64,000 nt of DNA from Fimicolochytrium jonesii (taxonomy: Eukaryota). Made by a program: the position numbers and the translations under genes. Shown here piece by piece: positions 1 to 12,600 of the stretch. Each line of letters begins with the position of its first letter. Position 1 is the stretch's first letter. Location of the stretch: assembly GCF_025526975.1 (NCBI RefSeq), contig NW_026515687.1:434001-498000 (forward strand). Direction: 5' to 3'. The notes below the pieces were generated by a model. That model worked only from the letters and a program-made list of their open reading frames with translations. It was not told the origin of the DNA and made no database searches.

Positions 1-423
1 CGGTCTCTGCTGCCATGCAAGAAAGAAGCGGTTACGCATCCAACGGCGGTTGAAGGCCACTGGGACTAGGACCCCTTCATTCGCCTGCTCTACGTAGGCA
101 CTTACCTTCTGAAGCCTCATTGTTACAATACTTACAACCTTAAGCGACGGAAACATACTTGGACAGGTGGACCGGTGCGGACGGCTAGGGCACCGTGCTT
201 GGAGTGAGCTAGCCGAACGAACAGAGGAAGAGCCGCCCTGGCTGCCTGGCTGGTTCAGATGCCGAAGATTGTCCCTCTGGGTCGATGGATCGCCTTTAGG
301 TGGGGCGCCGCGTGGGCTTCTTCGCAAGACTGCACTGCGATTACCAGGCTCGAGGGAAGGCGGGCGCTGTCCTTGTTGTCTCAAACACTTAAACATGGCC
401 AGGCGACGTAGCGCCTAGAATGC

Positions 424-888
424 ATGCCACGTTTCTTAGTAGGCATGGGTGAGGATCCATTCTCCTGTCTGCTAAATATCTTGGTCTGCTCCTTCTTGGC
501 GACGGGCCTCATCGGGTACTCCTTTTTGATTTCTCTGTTCCGGGGACAAAAATCATTGCGTTCACAGATAGGAGAAGTTATTGCGCCCTATCTGCTCGTC
601 GCCGAGGTGCTTGGACATCTAGACACCACGTTACACACGGCGGTCAATCTAGCGCTGTCCAGCGTATATATTCCCGGGGCGGCGACGGCTGCTGCTTTGG
701 GATTCTACCAAGTCGGCTTTTGCTGTGCAATGGCCATTATGAACATCCTCGGCGCCCGCTTCGACATGGGTTGGAGCATTTTGTGGAACGGAGCGTGGGT
801 CGCTGTTGCAGGGCTCCTCTACATGATTTACGCCCCATTGCTGCAGTGCATCATACCAAAGCCCGCGGCGGATCCTGAACTGGGCTGA
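424..888 (+). CDS. Small multi-pass membrane protein (154 aa), function unknown
   Basis: ATG-initiated intronless ORF with about 4 hydrophobic segments (e.g. LLNILVCSFLATGLIGYSFLISLF, ILWNGAWVAVAGLLYMIYA); no family recognised. Confidence 0.5.
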   Translation: MPRFLVGMGEDPFSCLLNILVCSFLATGLIGYSFLISLFRGQKSLRSQIGEVIAPYLLVAEVLGHLDTTLHTAVNLALSSVYIPGAATAAALGFYQVGFCCAMAIMNILGARFDMGWSILWNGAWVAVAGLLYMIYAPLLQCIIPKPAADPELG

Positions 889-1151
889 AGGACTATAAAC
901 TGGAATGCGTCCAATGGGGTTTGGGCCAAAAACAACGAAAGCTTTCAAGTGAGGCGACAGGCGTGTCCGACCGTCCGAACAAGCGCGTCGATCACAGAGA
1001 ACGTGTGCTAACCCACGAGCGTGGTTCTTTTTTGACGATGATGGTCACCACTGAACATGCTCTAAGGACCCTTCGTACCTAACTTAGCAGCTTGTAGCTC
1101 CCCCCAAGTCATGAAGGGAATTAAATTGACACCATATCTGGAAAGGAAGCT

Positions 1152-3605
1152 TTGGGCGAAAGGTCAGTAAGGGGACGACACGGCGGTCCGAAGACCAATG
1201 CCTCGTTGAGCAGTTGTGCTCAAGAAAGAAATGTAGGCTACTGGAGCTCCACGCCGCACCAACAGTGGGCAATCACGGGAGTGAATGGGTTCGACCAATG
1301 GGTGGTTACAAACTATCCGGACGTCCGCAACGACCGCGCCAGGGCGCATGACGCATTGGCAAGGGATTTGAGACTGCTGGCGGAACATATTTCTGCTGAG
1401 GCAGCCTTGAAGGCGGTGAAAAGAGTCCAGAACAAATTGAAGGTAATACCAAATGCATCCCGCCAGCGTGCTCGTTTTTAGACTCAAATAATCCTGTTAT
1501 ATTCTATGCAGACAGTAGGGAAAGACCCGGTGAACCGATTGTGGTGGAACAGATATGCCTCGGACATTGCACAAATGGTCGTTGGAATGGACGCTACAAA
1601 TGTGAGGAACCAAGTATAGGCAGCGTATCGGCAGAGCTTCAAAAAGGCTAAAGGAAAGTCGCCGCCGGGCGTAGTACATCCAATCTACGAGTCGAGTGCA
1701 AGGAGCATTGCAACAGGAACCTGAGGGCAGCGGCGGCAATGATGGAGTGGAGATGGGCGAAACGTCCGACGACGATCTTGTCAATCCCCGCGCTCCTGAT
1801 GAGGCAAACGAGGAGGATGAGCTAGTCGGGGACCCACAGTGGGATCGCGTCCAGAGAGGTATTGTGGGCACGACTGTGAATGGACTTGTATTCAGTACGA
1901 CGCTTAACTCCATCCGTCAGGCGTTGCAGTGCCCTTTGATGCCCATGACTTTGACATCCAGACGCGAGAACGGGAAGGCCGCATTTGCACAGGTATAGCG
2001 CACTGACAAACGCGCGCACCGATGATGCAAGCTTAAGTCTTATTAGCTCCCCCAGGTTCGAATGTTCCATCTGACGCCGGCTGTAGCGCATACAAACGAC
2101 GGCTAGATGGCGAGGTTTGTTGCGTGTTGATTATGAAGGTGTGATTGGCGGCAACTAACGTTGTCCGCAGGCTCATGGTTTAGCTGCAAGCCTGAATTCC
2201 CTGCATTCAGACAAAGACCCAACCAATCTCGCTTCGTACAAGATTGTGTATGTGGGCACGGCTAACCAGGCAGACCCAATCCGGTTATGCTTTGACGACG
2301 CCGCATGGCACGTCCTCCAGACTCAGTTTGAAGAGGTAATGTATGTTTGAATCGCACACATTGGGGGCGGAATAGCTCAGCTCTAGTCCATGCAGCGTGA
2401 TCTCCTCTACCACCCAGAGACGGATTCAAGCAGCTCACAAGAGAGCCTCCCAACAAAGTCGACCACCTCGTTGTTGGCACTTTGGAAGGAGAAAGGGGAG
2501 CCCCTCTCTGACTCCTACTGGCACCTCTTCCTTGCCCGGTCCAACGACCTGCAATTCCGTGAAGTGCTGAAAACAAACCTGCTGCCCGCAGTGGATGGCA
2601 GAGGTCAATTAGAATGCGCTCCACAAAGTGTTGCAGTGTGAAAAGACTGATGCTTTTTCTCCAGGTGCCCAAGTGGTTTTCAGCCAGACGGCTGCAGCGG
2701 AAGTGAATGAGATCTGCTGCTACGTGCAGTATGTGTGGACGGCAATGTAAGTTATCATGCCATGCATTCACTTTACTTTTCTCACCAGGCTGCACACCTG
2801 CAGGTTCCGAAGCATCAGCAAAAATACTCTCACCAATGCAGGAACTTCTGAACACATTTACCGTGCTCAGTTGCTTGATGGGTTACTGGAAAAGATGTTT
2901 GAGGAGGAATCGAAGCCCGCATTGCAGTACATTTGGTCAGTTTCTCAAACTCCTCAATTTTTGGATCGGATTCGCTCAACTTTCCATCGTCCCATCTAGT
3001 GGGGAGACTGAAAATTTGCAACGAAGGGAACAATTGCAGCAGTACCATCACAATTCAGAACGGAGAAGGACGGGCGCGTGGTTGCATAATGGGTGCTCAA
3101 TGTGCAACTGGACAACAAATGGTACCACGTCTTCTTCGTTGAGGTTTTGGGTGGTCCCATGAAGCGAGACGACGGGAAGGCCATGGATGACCAATGCAAG
3201 CTATTCAAAGGTGAGCTCCCAACATGCACTCGTAAACTACACCCTTCTAATCACGTTAGCAGCTATGCAGCTCTCACTCTTCTTCTTGCGAGGATACCTG
3301 AAAGGAACAGGTGTCACTGAAGAAAGACTGGGGGTCTGTGAATCGTACGGGATGATGGTGAACGGTGCGTCGTCATGATTGTTTGCCTGGTCGCAAGCGC
3401 GATTATACTAACTGGCTGTCCATTAGGGAGCGTCATTATGAGCTACCGGATGTACCGGACCGATGATGGGCTCTATCTGGTGGATAAGACGTGGGAGCAG
3501 GCCATTCCCACGACGCTAGAAGGATTGAGCACAGTCACGGAAATTATTGAATGTTTTTTTCTGGACATCAAGGTTGGTAGCGCTGTCAAGCTTCATCTTG
3601 GGTGA
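1152..3605 (+). pseudogene. Disrupted multi-exon gene with a C-terminal PD-(D/E)xK-like (Crinkler REase-type) nuclease domain
   Basis: Collinear protein-like fragments in shifting frames with internal stops and intron-like gaps; motif series SEHIY...GE...G..HNG(V)LNV...FFVEVLGGP...GKAMDDQCKLFK. Confidence 0.4.
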
Positions 3606-4399
3606 CTTACAACTGACTTCCAACAATTTGTTTGTTCCAGTCACGCATTGTCGATATGCAAAGCCGGCTGAGCAACATTGTCCAAGAGGCCAAAGCCCGA
3701 ACGGGAAGGCGGGTGCGGCGTAAGCGGTCATTTCCCCGCCAAACGGAACCTGCTGTGATGCCCACTCCAGCAAAGCGCAGATAAGTACAGCGGACTGAGC
3801 TTGGACATGCATTGAGGGACATATCGGACAAATGACTGTACGGACCTTGGAGGCAATTATATAGCGAACGGTCTGGTATGAACGGTCAGCTGTGAATGGT
3901 CTGGTGTATGTGACTCTCACTCTATCAGTAGGCAATGTTGTCAGACGTTGTTATTTGTGGACCGCTGAGAGGTCAGGACTATTACATTTAGATTGTTGTA
4001 GAGGTCACAGGTCTACATGGACCAACTATGTAGCGGCGCCGACAATCTTGCTGGCAACCACGCTCTCACGTTACAAAGCGATGAAATAATTGAGCTTCAT
4101 AGAAGCCGACTGCACATCGCGTCTTTCGTCTTTCGGCGACTAGGTTTGGCAGATTGCAGGCGTTCAAACGGGAGCGAGAAGGATCAGGGCACCTCATCGA
4201 TGTTTTTTGCCAACATGAAAAGCAAGGGTTGCGGGATGGAACAGAAACAGGAATATAGAAGAGAGAAAGCGATTAGCATTCATTCTCCTGACATCGTACG
4301 TCAAAGAACAGTTTTCTCGCAAACGTAAAGACCACAAGAATGATGTTTCCAACCCCACTTCTGGAGGTTGGCGCCAGATCGATATATCTGTGATCTCCC

Positions 4400-5350
4400 T
4401 CCCTCTGCATCGCCTGGGTTCTCGATTTGTGTGACAAACGAGTGCACCCCCTAGATGCAGAATTCGCTGCGTTTTGTTACCAAAGAATAGTGCAGGTAGA
4501 ATACAGCCCGTTTGCCCCAACAGCCTAGTGACAAGACTACGGCCTCAATTACTGGAACGGTGGGAAAGGTATCCATCCCCCAGGCTGCTTCTTTGCAAAA
4601 AGGACACTCCGGCTGTATGTCCCCAGGCTGCACAGCTCATTGTTTTGCGCGGAGCAAAACGGAAACTGCCAAGCCTGGTGCGCAACTCTATCTGTTACCC
4701 CCCTTGGCTTCGTACTTGGCCCACAGTGTACTTACCATGTTCGTGACGAGTGCCCTCAAGGAGATTTCAGGCTTGAGCGTGGATCTATAGGAGGTACAAA
4801 GTCTCAGCATAGCGTTTCAGGTATCAATGAATGTCGGTGTACTTGCCCATCCTTCATCAAGTCTGCTACGCGCCAACCCTCGATTCGAGTCCCCCGAGGT
4901 TAGCGAGACTCAAGTCGAAGTCAACTTGGGAAGCGCTGACGCGGGACTCTAGAGTCCGACGAAGGCCATTCTGCGGGCAGCAGTCACAGGTCACGTGCAC
5001 AAATACATTTTGACTGTTGTGACTGAGGGATGTATTTCATCAGCGGTCCACGGCTCTTGGGAGGCTTGGGGCCGTCCTGTGTTGTTCTTTCAAACAGTCT
5101 CGGCACATAGTACAGAACCAAGGGAACCCCGCCAACTGCACACACACGGCACATCAGGTTGGGAGAAGCTCAGCAATCAACCTTTGCAGGTCCCGGCGTC
5201 GCCAGTCGGCATTTGCGAACCAGTGCCGTGCATGCCCTTGCTGGCACTGCCATGGACCACGAAGACTTTTTCTGGACCTGCGGGTCTACCTACTGTACAT
5301 ACACAGCATGTTGAAGTTTATGTGCTCGGGGCAGGACGTTGGCCGACAAT
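4400..5350 (-). mobile_element. Possible decayed 3' end of a non-LTR retrotransposon (LINE)
   Basis: Minus-strand fragments RTRLGSFRFAPR...PECPFCKEA resemble the C-terminal zinc knuckle region of fungal LINE ORF2; many stops. Confidence 0.25.
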
Positions 5351-5418
5351 GGGCACTTCGGGCTCCTGCCGTAAGTCTTATAGTAGTTCACAATGGCGCA
5401 ACAATTCCGAAATCTTTA

Positions 5419-6728
5419 CTATAACCCCGACTCATCTCGATTTGCCAGCGCTGCACGAATGATCTCCTCCTTTCGCGTGCCCAGTACTGACCAGTGCGCG
5501 TCGCCCGAACACGGGGTGACGGTGACGTGGGGCACGTTGTCCTTCCAATACGCTGTCTGCGAAAACGGGATGTTGACGTCGTTGTCGCCGTGAAAGACGT
5601 GCAGGTTGCGAGCAGCAGTCAGGTTCAGGTCAAGGGGTTGGCTGTATGCTTTCAGGTCCTGGAAAGAGGATGTGTGTGTGTGTGTCACGCGTGAGTGGCT
5701 ATGGAATGATGCGAAGGAGGCCAAAAGCAATCAAGACGACGACAGACCTCGGCGACAGCGGTTAGGGTTTGTATGGGATTGAGGGCGTACGCCTCCACAC
5801 GGATGCGCTTCATCAAGTCGAAGTTGGCAAGCGTGAACGTGCGATCGGCGGGAGCCAGCTGCGATAGGTAGGCCTTCATCTTCGGCTGATCAGGTGTGTA
5901 TTGCATAAAGTCGGCGGATGGGGGAGGATCCAAAACCGCTAGCGTCTTTTCCAACCAAGGCACTGACATGTTCCTTCCAAACCAAAACAACAACCGGTTG
6001 CTCATCCTCGCATTCTTAAACCCATCCGCCGATGCGGCCAGCGGCGTCGCGCCAGATACGACAACAGTTGAAAGCACGCGCAATGACGCAGGTGCGAAAG
6101 CCAAACAGGCTGCTGCGTACGGTCCCCCACCCGAGAAGGCAACGATGGAAAATTTGTCGATCCCAACAGCATCCATGAAGGGCAGCAGATGATCATTTGG
6201 GTACGAAGCTACAGTGCGGTTGGATTCGTACGGCGTTCGGCCAAAGCCGGGACGATCGGGAGCAAGTATGTGGACATTGTGCGCGAGAGCAGTCGAATGT
6301 AAAAGGAGAGATTCGAGGCGGTTTCCTGGGAATCCGTGCAAATAGACAGCGGCTCTGGAGGCGCAGGCGAGGGGCGCCCCGCATGTAGCGTAGGAGACGA
6401 CCTTGCCGGACGATGGGAGGGTGATGGTTTTGTTCTCGTCAGGTTGCTGTTCACGCGAGGGGATTCCTGTTGTCCGAATCCCGGGTTGCTGTTCGCGCAA
6501 AACGGTTCGAGAATGCAGGCGAGCGGCCCGAACTTGAAGTATTCCTGGTCGTAGTGCTTGGGGGCGAAGAAGTACCCGCAAAGGTGGAAGAAGCTGTGAG
6601 CGTTCGTGGACAAGGATCGGGTAGTTTTTGCGCTCACAAAGCCGAAGGGCGACGGCGGCGGGAGCGATGGAGGAGTAGCCCTGTCTCGCAGCAGCAGGAC
6701 TGGGAGCCAACCTGCTGAAAAAGCGCAT
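5419..6728 (-). CDS. Alpha/beta hydrolase (2 exons; intron 5659-5747), possible N-terminal organellar presequence
   Basis: HGFPG oxyanion motif, APDRPGFG, AFSGGG nucleophile elbow, HGDNDVNIP acid and distal DAH His in exon 2; GT-AG intron restores frame; upstream ATG at 6791 also possible. Confidence 0.88.
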
Positions 6729-7835
6729 TGTGCTTTTGGCCGCTTTAGAACTACGGCCGCGCCTACACATCGCCACAACGACGTCCGACATGGCCGTCTT
6801 CTCGTTGCTTGCCTGAAGGCACAGAGCAAGAAAGCCGGATGGATGGAGACTGGGCATCGCACCCGAGAGGGTGAACGATACGGGAAAGCGGGGCGGTCGA
6901 GATTAAATGCAAGGCACGCCACTCTATATACATAGATAGATTACGGCGGGCGGAGAGCGGATGCGCTAGAGGCCAGCCTGATTTTATATTAATGATTATC
7001 CATACAAATGATGCACCGAGTCTTCGTGGGCACTCCCGAGTCCCGATGGACGAGATGTTCAAGTTTTCATAACAATAATGGCTGCACGTCCTTCGAATGC
7101 AAGCGGTCTCTGTTACCGTGACTTATAATGACTGGATTCAGCTCAAGCCTCCAAGCCCACAGCCAAGCCAACAAAGGTTCAGCCCAAGCCCAAGCAATTC
7201 TTCCTGGTTTCATATTTCACGCAACGTCGTCATGTCTGCGGCACATGCCAGTGCTTAATAGTCCTGACTGCGGAGCGAGGCGTTGGTATTATTGCTATTT
7301 GGCCCCGGCACTTAACTTTCTCGTAAGCCTTTGCTTGGGGTTGGAGGAGCTTAAGGCGCTTGCGCAAGTCGCCGCTTTCCGTGCGACTAGTAACAACTTC
7401 CAGCTGTGCACAATTAGTACAGTATGTGAACATAAACCTAGATACACCAGTGATTGAGTCTGTGTCCGTGCGCAACTGCGGCGGCTGGGGCAAGGGGCTG
7501 GCCAAGCTCGGACGCGTGTATCCAGCTTTATGTTCACATACTGTACGTATACAAACGGTAATAACGCACAGGCGCGTCGTTCCGAAGGAAATGATGGTGT
7601 GAAGGCGGGGTTTGAAAGAATCCTACGACGACAGACAGGACTAGGGTCGTGGGAAGGGGACATGCATATGCTGGAATTAAGGAAGGATATAAGCACAATA
7701 CTTTATACAAATGGAGCAGGTGTTGCTGCATGCAGCGTTGTTCCCTCGGCAGTCAGTATTGCTGGTCAACAACATCAACAAATAGGGTTACCCTGCACCT
7801 CGTTGCGGTTGCTCGCCGCCTCTTCTTAACCCACA

Positions 7836-9384
7836 GACCCGCCACCGATCCCGCCCCGCTGCTGGCCCACGACCTCCGCGCGCGAGTCGCCACAGAGACG
7901 ACGTCGTCAGCTGCTGCCGCCGCGGTGGGTTTCAGGTGGTCCGAACTCGCCGTCTGTGCAGCCCACAGGCCGCTCTCGCCGTCTTTGCCCTCATCCTGGC
8001 CCCGTTCTATGCCTACGTTGCAGATTTCGCCCTTTTGGGCGTCCGCCCATGCCCCGATCCCTTGGTGCCTACTTCGCAAGCCTTCGATTGGGACCAAGTC
8101 CGCTCGGACATGAATCTAACCATTACCGGAAACAACGTGATGGACTACATGCCTCTTGCCTGTGCAACTCCTCAAGATCACCCGCAAGCTCGCCCGCTCA
8201 TCCAACCGGATAGCACTGCGGTTGACCGTGGGATCGTTCAGCTCCCGTGAGTGAAGACGTGACAATATGTCGAGCTCAGGCGAGACGGCGAGAACGGCTC
8301 GGGCGCCTTCATGTCGAAGGTTGCACTTAGATTTGCCTCAATCTATCTGAACCCGTCATTGCCATCAACCACTTTTTGAAACCTCCGAACGCCAGACGGG
8401 TAGGGCTAGGGGTCGTCACGGACGACAGAACAGTCGCCCTTGGTGGCAACGCTTTGGGGTAGCGGGTGATCCTATATCAGATGCCAATAATACCTTCCGC
8501 CGATACCGTCTGGCGCGATCGGCGTATTCTTGTACAGACGTGGGTATGCAAGGATTCCGACGGTATGGCTCACAGAGATCGCAAAAGGTTCCCGTCCCGG
8601 TTCCAAACTTCACGTCTGAGATAGTCCACGGCAACCCCAATCTCCGCGATTCGCTCGCACGTAGCGCACAACAGATCCAGGGTGCTTTGTGGATCCATGC
8701 AAACTGGACCTGGAACGACGACTTCCAGGGCTTTGAAACGATGCACGCTTCGTCCAATTTCACCAACATCCAATTTGGAATGCGGAAGGCTGGAGGTGCA
8801 TTTGACCACCTCGTGGATTTCAGGAATGGCAGCGCATCGGGGGAGGTGTATGATATCCTCGACTCGTGGAGGAAGGACGTCCGCAGCGCAATGGGAACTT
8901 TGGACAACTCATACATATCCCAAGAGAACGGAGAAGTGCAGAGCGGGGCAGGCACACGTCTTCTCGTCCAACTCCAGCGCCCGTTCCAGCTGGATGTAAC
9001 AGCTGGGCTAAATATAAAGTTCGATTGGGGTCTCGGTGTCCCCCAGACGGACGTGGCGACGGGGCTCGCGACGCTTTCGGGACAAGGAAGGAATCTGTAT
9101 CTCGGATCGTCAGCGTTTCGCCCTGCCGCTTCGGCTCGTATGATCCAAGTTGGCGATCTCTAATCAGACTTGCCCCCCGGAGAAGATATGCCACCCGCTG
9201 CTCAGCAGGATATTCGATTGGTGGTTCCGTGACATCCACGCTGATGGGGACCCGTCCTGGCACTCGATCACCGGAACCTGCGCTACGGTCCGTCAATGTT
9301 GTCTTGATTCCGGACAATCAGAAGGGACCCTTGGCTGAACCCGAGAAACAGATGATTGAACCAGAAGAGCTGACCCATACATAG
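7836..9384 (+). pseudogene. Probably disrupted type-II membrane protein (single N-proximal TM, beta-rich luminal part)
   Basis: TM AALAVFALILAPFYAYV followed by protein-like fragments interrupted by stops near 8250 and 8461 and a frame change. Confidence 0.3.
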
Positions 9385-9631
9385 AGGCGTAAAGTTCTAG
9401 CTGGCGTCTAGAGCAGAGTGTACATGGCGCACCTACTTATACTATATGGAGACATTTTAGATGCCTGCAAAGTTCTTGTTTCGCACTTGCCGGGTGCCTT
9501 CCTTTTGCCTATCGATATGAAGAGTAAATACCACCCATAACCACCGCGCACAAATGACGCTTGCGCACTCCGGACGCTAATGACTGGACGAAGCTCTTTT
9601 TCCAGACAGTTCGAGACACAGAATCTCTACG

Positions 9632-12600
9632 TCAATTCGCATGGGGCGTGGCAGCGCCCGCAAGTTGTCCAGCCCTAGTTGCCGCTGTTGTGGCTCCTTT
9701 CTTCCACAAAAAGTATCCTATAATCGACGTGACGGCGATGCCCCCGGCGCCTGCTGCCGACGCAATATAGGTGACGGTCTTCTTCGCAGCCGCGTCATCC
9801 CCCGCGCCTGCCAGCTTTGTAGAGGAGGACGAGCCGTTGTCTGACGCGGTTGTGCTGGCCTGCGCTGGATTGGGGCTGGCGCTCGAAGTACCACTAAGCA
9901 CCGCCGCCTGGGTTATCCCAGAGGTCTGTCTGGCACTTGTTGCGTCTTCCGTGCTGGGAGCTGATGCCGGCCTCAGACTCAGGCTGGTTGACTGAGGAGT
10001 CGAATGCTCAGATGCATCCACCGACTCTGTTGTGGCTGGGGTCGGAGAGGGAGATGCCTCTTCGAAATCCGAGAGTGGGGAGTCCGTGAACAAGGACGAG
10101 GATCCTGGGATTCTAGACGTTCCTGTCGTCGTGAGCGACGAAAATAAGGACTCCGCTGATGCCGACGATGTCGAAGTTTCGGATGTCGAAGTTTCGGATG
10201 TCGAGGCAACAGTTGACGACACGAAAGAGGTTGTTGGTGGCGATGGTGATATCGGTGTTGATGATGATGATAGCTTGATGTCCGTGGGCGAAGAAGATGA
10301 AGCGATCGGTGTTGATGGTGACGATATCTTGCTGTCCGTGGACGAAGAAGATGAAGCGACCGAAGTGGAGAATGTGGTACCTTTGGAAGCTGCGATGCTC
10401 GCCGACGAGATTGACGAGGTAGCTGCAAGGCTGGAAGATGACAGTTCAGTTGAGGTGGCCGTCAGCGAAGGACTTTGGCTTGCAGACGTAGTGGACGTGG
10501 CGGTGGTGGCCAAAGAACTAGACGTGGTCGTGCTACTTAACGGAGCGGTACTACTATTAATGCCGCTGCTGGTCTTGCTGGAGCTGGCAGTTGTTGATGA
10601 CGATCTGGTCGTCGTCTGGGAGGAGGTGGTTGTCATCGCTCTCGTGGTAGTGACTGACGCTTTGGGCGGTGTGGGGTCTGGTAAAATGCTGATGTTGACG
10701 TAAATCGTGGTCGCCACAATGTAATCCGAAACGGAGAGGGCTAGTGTCAGATTCTGAGTCACCGTTTGGCTTCCCTTGAACTGTAGCTTCACAATGCCGC
10801 TTGCCAAGTCGCTATCATAAAAATAGGCGTATGGGTAGCCCCATGTCAACACAGCCAAGTTGGCGGACGTGCTGCTTTTGATGACCGTGTAGGACAGACC
10901 ATAACCGGTGACCGGTGGTCCGGTTGTCGTGCATCCGAGTAAAGTCGGGGTGATATCACCCAGCGAGGCTTGCGCAGCTACTGAGCCGGTCATGGTCAAT
11001 GCTTGAGGACCTGTGCATTTCATTCCGTTATGACCGAAGATTCTTAGTTGAAGTTTGACAGCAGGGTTGACATTGTCGGAGAATTGCAGGGAAATGTTGG
11101 CAGGAGCGAAGGGCCACGCGTCAGGCACCGCGTACAGGTTGCCGCTGGCCACATCGTTCCAGGTAAACAGACTGCCGACGGTGAGGTTCCGAACTTGAGT
11201 GACATTCCCCGTTGGAGCCGAAGCGTTCGCGACGCGCAGTTGAAAAACGAAGCCGTCACGGGCTGCTGCCGTTACGTTGGCGCTCAAGATATAGCTGACG
11301 TTGGTGTTCCCAGCGGCAGCAGGATCAACTGTCAGTGGGATCGTAGATGCGTTCAATGCAAATGCGTCTGATGTGTATCTGATAATCGGAATGTAACTGC
11401 TTCCGATTGCATTATCGTACGTGGTGGTTCCGTAGGCTAAGGTCGGCGCGGTCGCATAGTACATCGAGACAGTTCTCATCGCCGAAAGCGGAACATAACC
11501 ATTCGCGGATGTGTAGGAGACATCAAACGAGCTCCATCCGGAATAGCTTGATCGGAACAAGACCATGTTCAATGCCGCTCCCGTGAATGCAAAGGGCGAA
11601 ATTCCAGATGCGTAATAATAATAATTCACAAAGGCACGGCCCCACAACTTCGTCACTTGATACTTGGATAGGCTCGTATCGAAACCCATGTTAGACTCAT
11701 CTGCTTCAATTGCTCGAACAAGCGAGGCGCTGTAGCCGGATTGCCCAAACACCACTGTCGTTATGTTGCTGTACCAAGTCACCGGTGCCTTGATGAAAAT
11801 AGAGTATGGCACCGTGACCGCATTGTTCTGCAAATCCGTAACAGATAATGCCCACGGGTACTTCCCAGCTGCCACCGAGGGCGAGACAACAAGTCTCACA
11901 GTCCATGATAGAAAATCGCGATCGGTGAAAGTGAGCCCACTCTCCATCATGGAGCTTGGCGAGGTCGCAGGGATATCAGCGCCATAAGCGATAAAGTTTG
12001 TGATCAGACTCATGCTAGTGTTGTCAAATGTGCTGTTTAAGTCTGTACTGGTGCTGGTCGAAGTGGCCAATGTAGCATTGCCAGATGTGCTGTTCATCGC
12101 CTTAGCTGCTTGTGAAGTGATCATGAATTGAAATTGAGTCGGGTCTGGTACGCTGATGACCTTGAAGTAGAGTGTCTGATTGACCACGCTTGGTGAGATG
12201 CCCAAAGACGATATTGTAACATTTTGTACGTTTGTTGAAAGAGGCAGTGCAATGAACGACGCCTTTGGATCAACCTTGTTCAAAAACCGTACGTCAGGAT
12301 AAAAGAAGGTCCCGTGATACGCGAAAGGACGAGGCTTACATTGGGAATGGGAGGAACCGTCACCTCCATCCAATGGTAAGTTGTGGTCAGTCCGTCCGTC
12401 ACCGACAACGTAAAGTACCCTGGCGTGACAACGGGCAATCCAGGCCTCGCAAGATGCGTGACTCGCAGCAAACCGGAATCAATATCCGCCTGCGTCCAAG
12501 TTACGAACGGGGCATCTGAAGGGCTCCATACAATACCAGATGCTGACAAAGATCCGCTTTGAATACGATACTCCCTGAGCGACGAGGGCGATGTGAAATT

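Noticed and set aside
7140..7352. CAAGCC-rich and GCTTG-rich flanks as MITE terminal inverted repeats
   Set aside because: Complementarity is patchy; no target-site duplication or second copy seen
10032..10703. 223-aa acidic plus-strand ORF
   Set aside because: Antisense shadow of the Ser/Thr stalk of the adhesin
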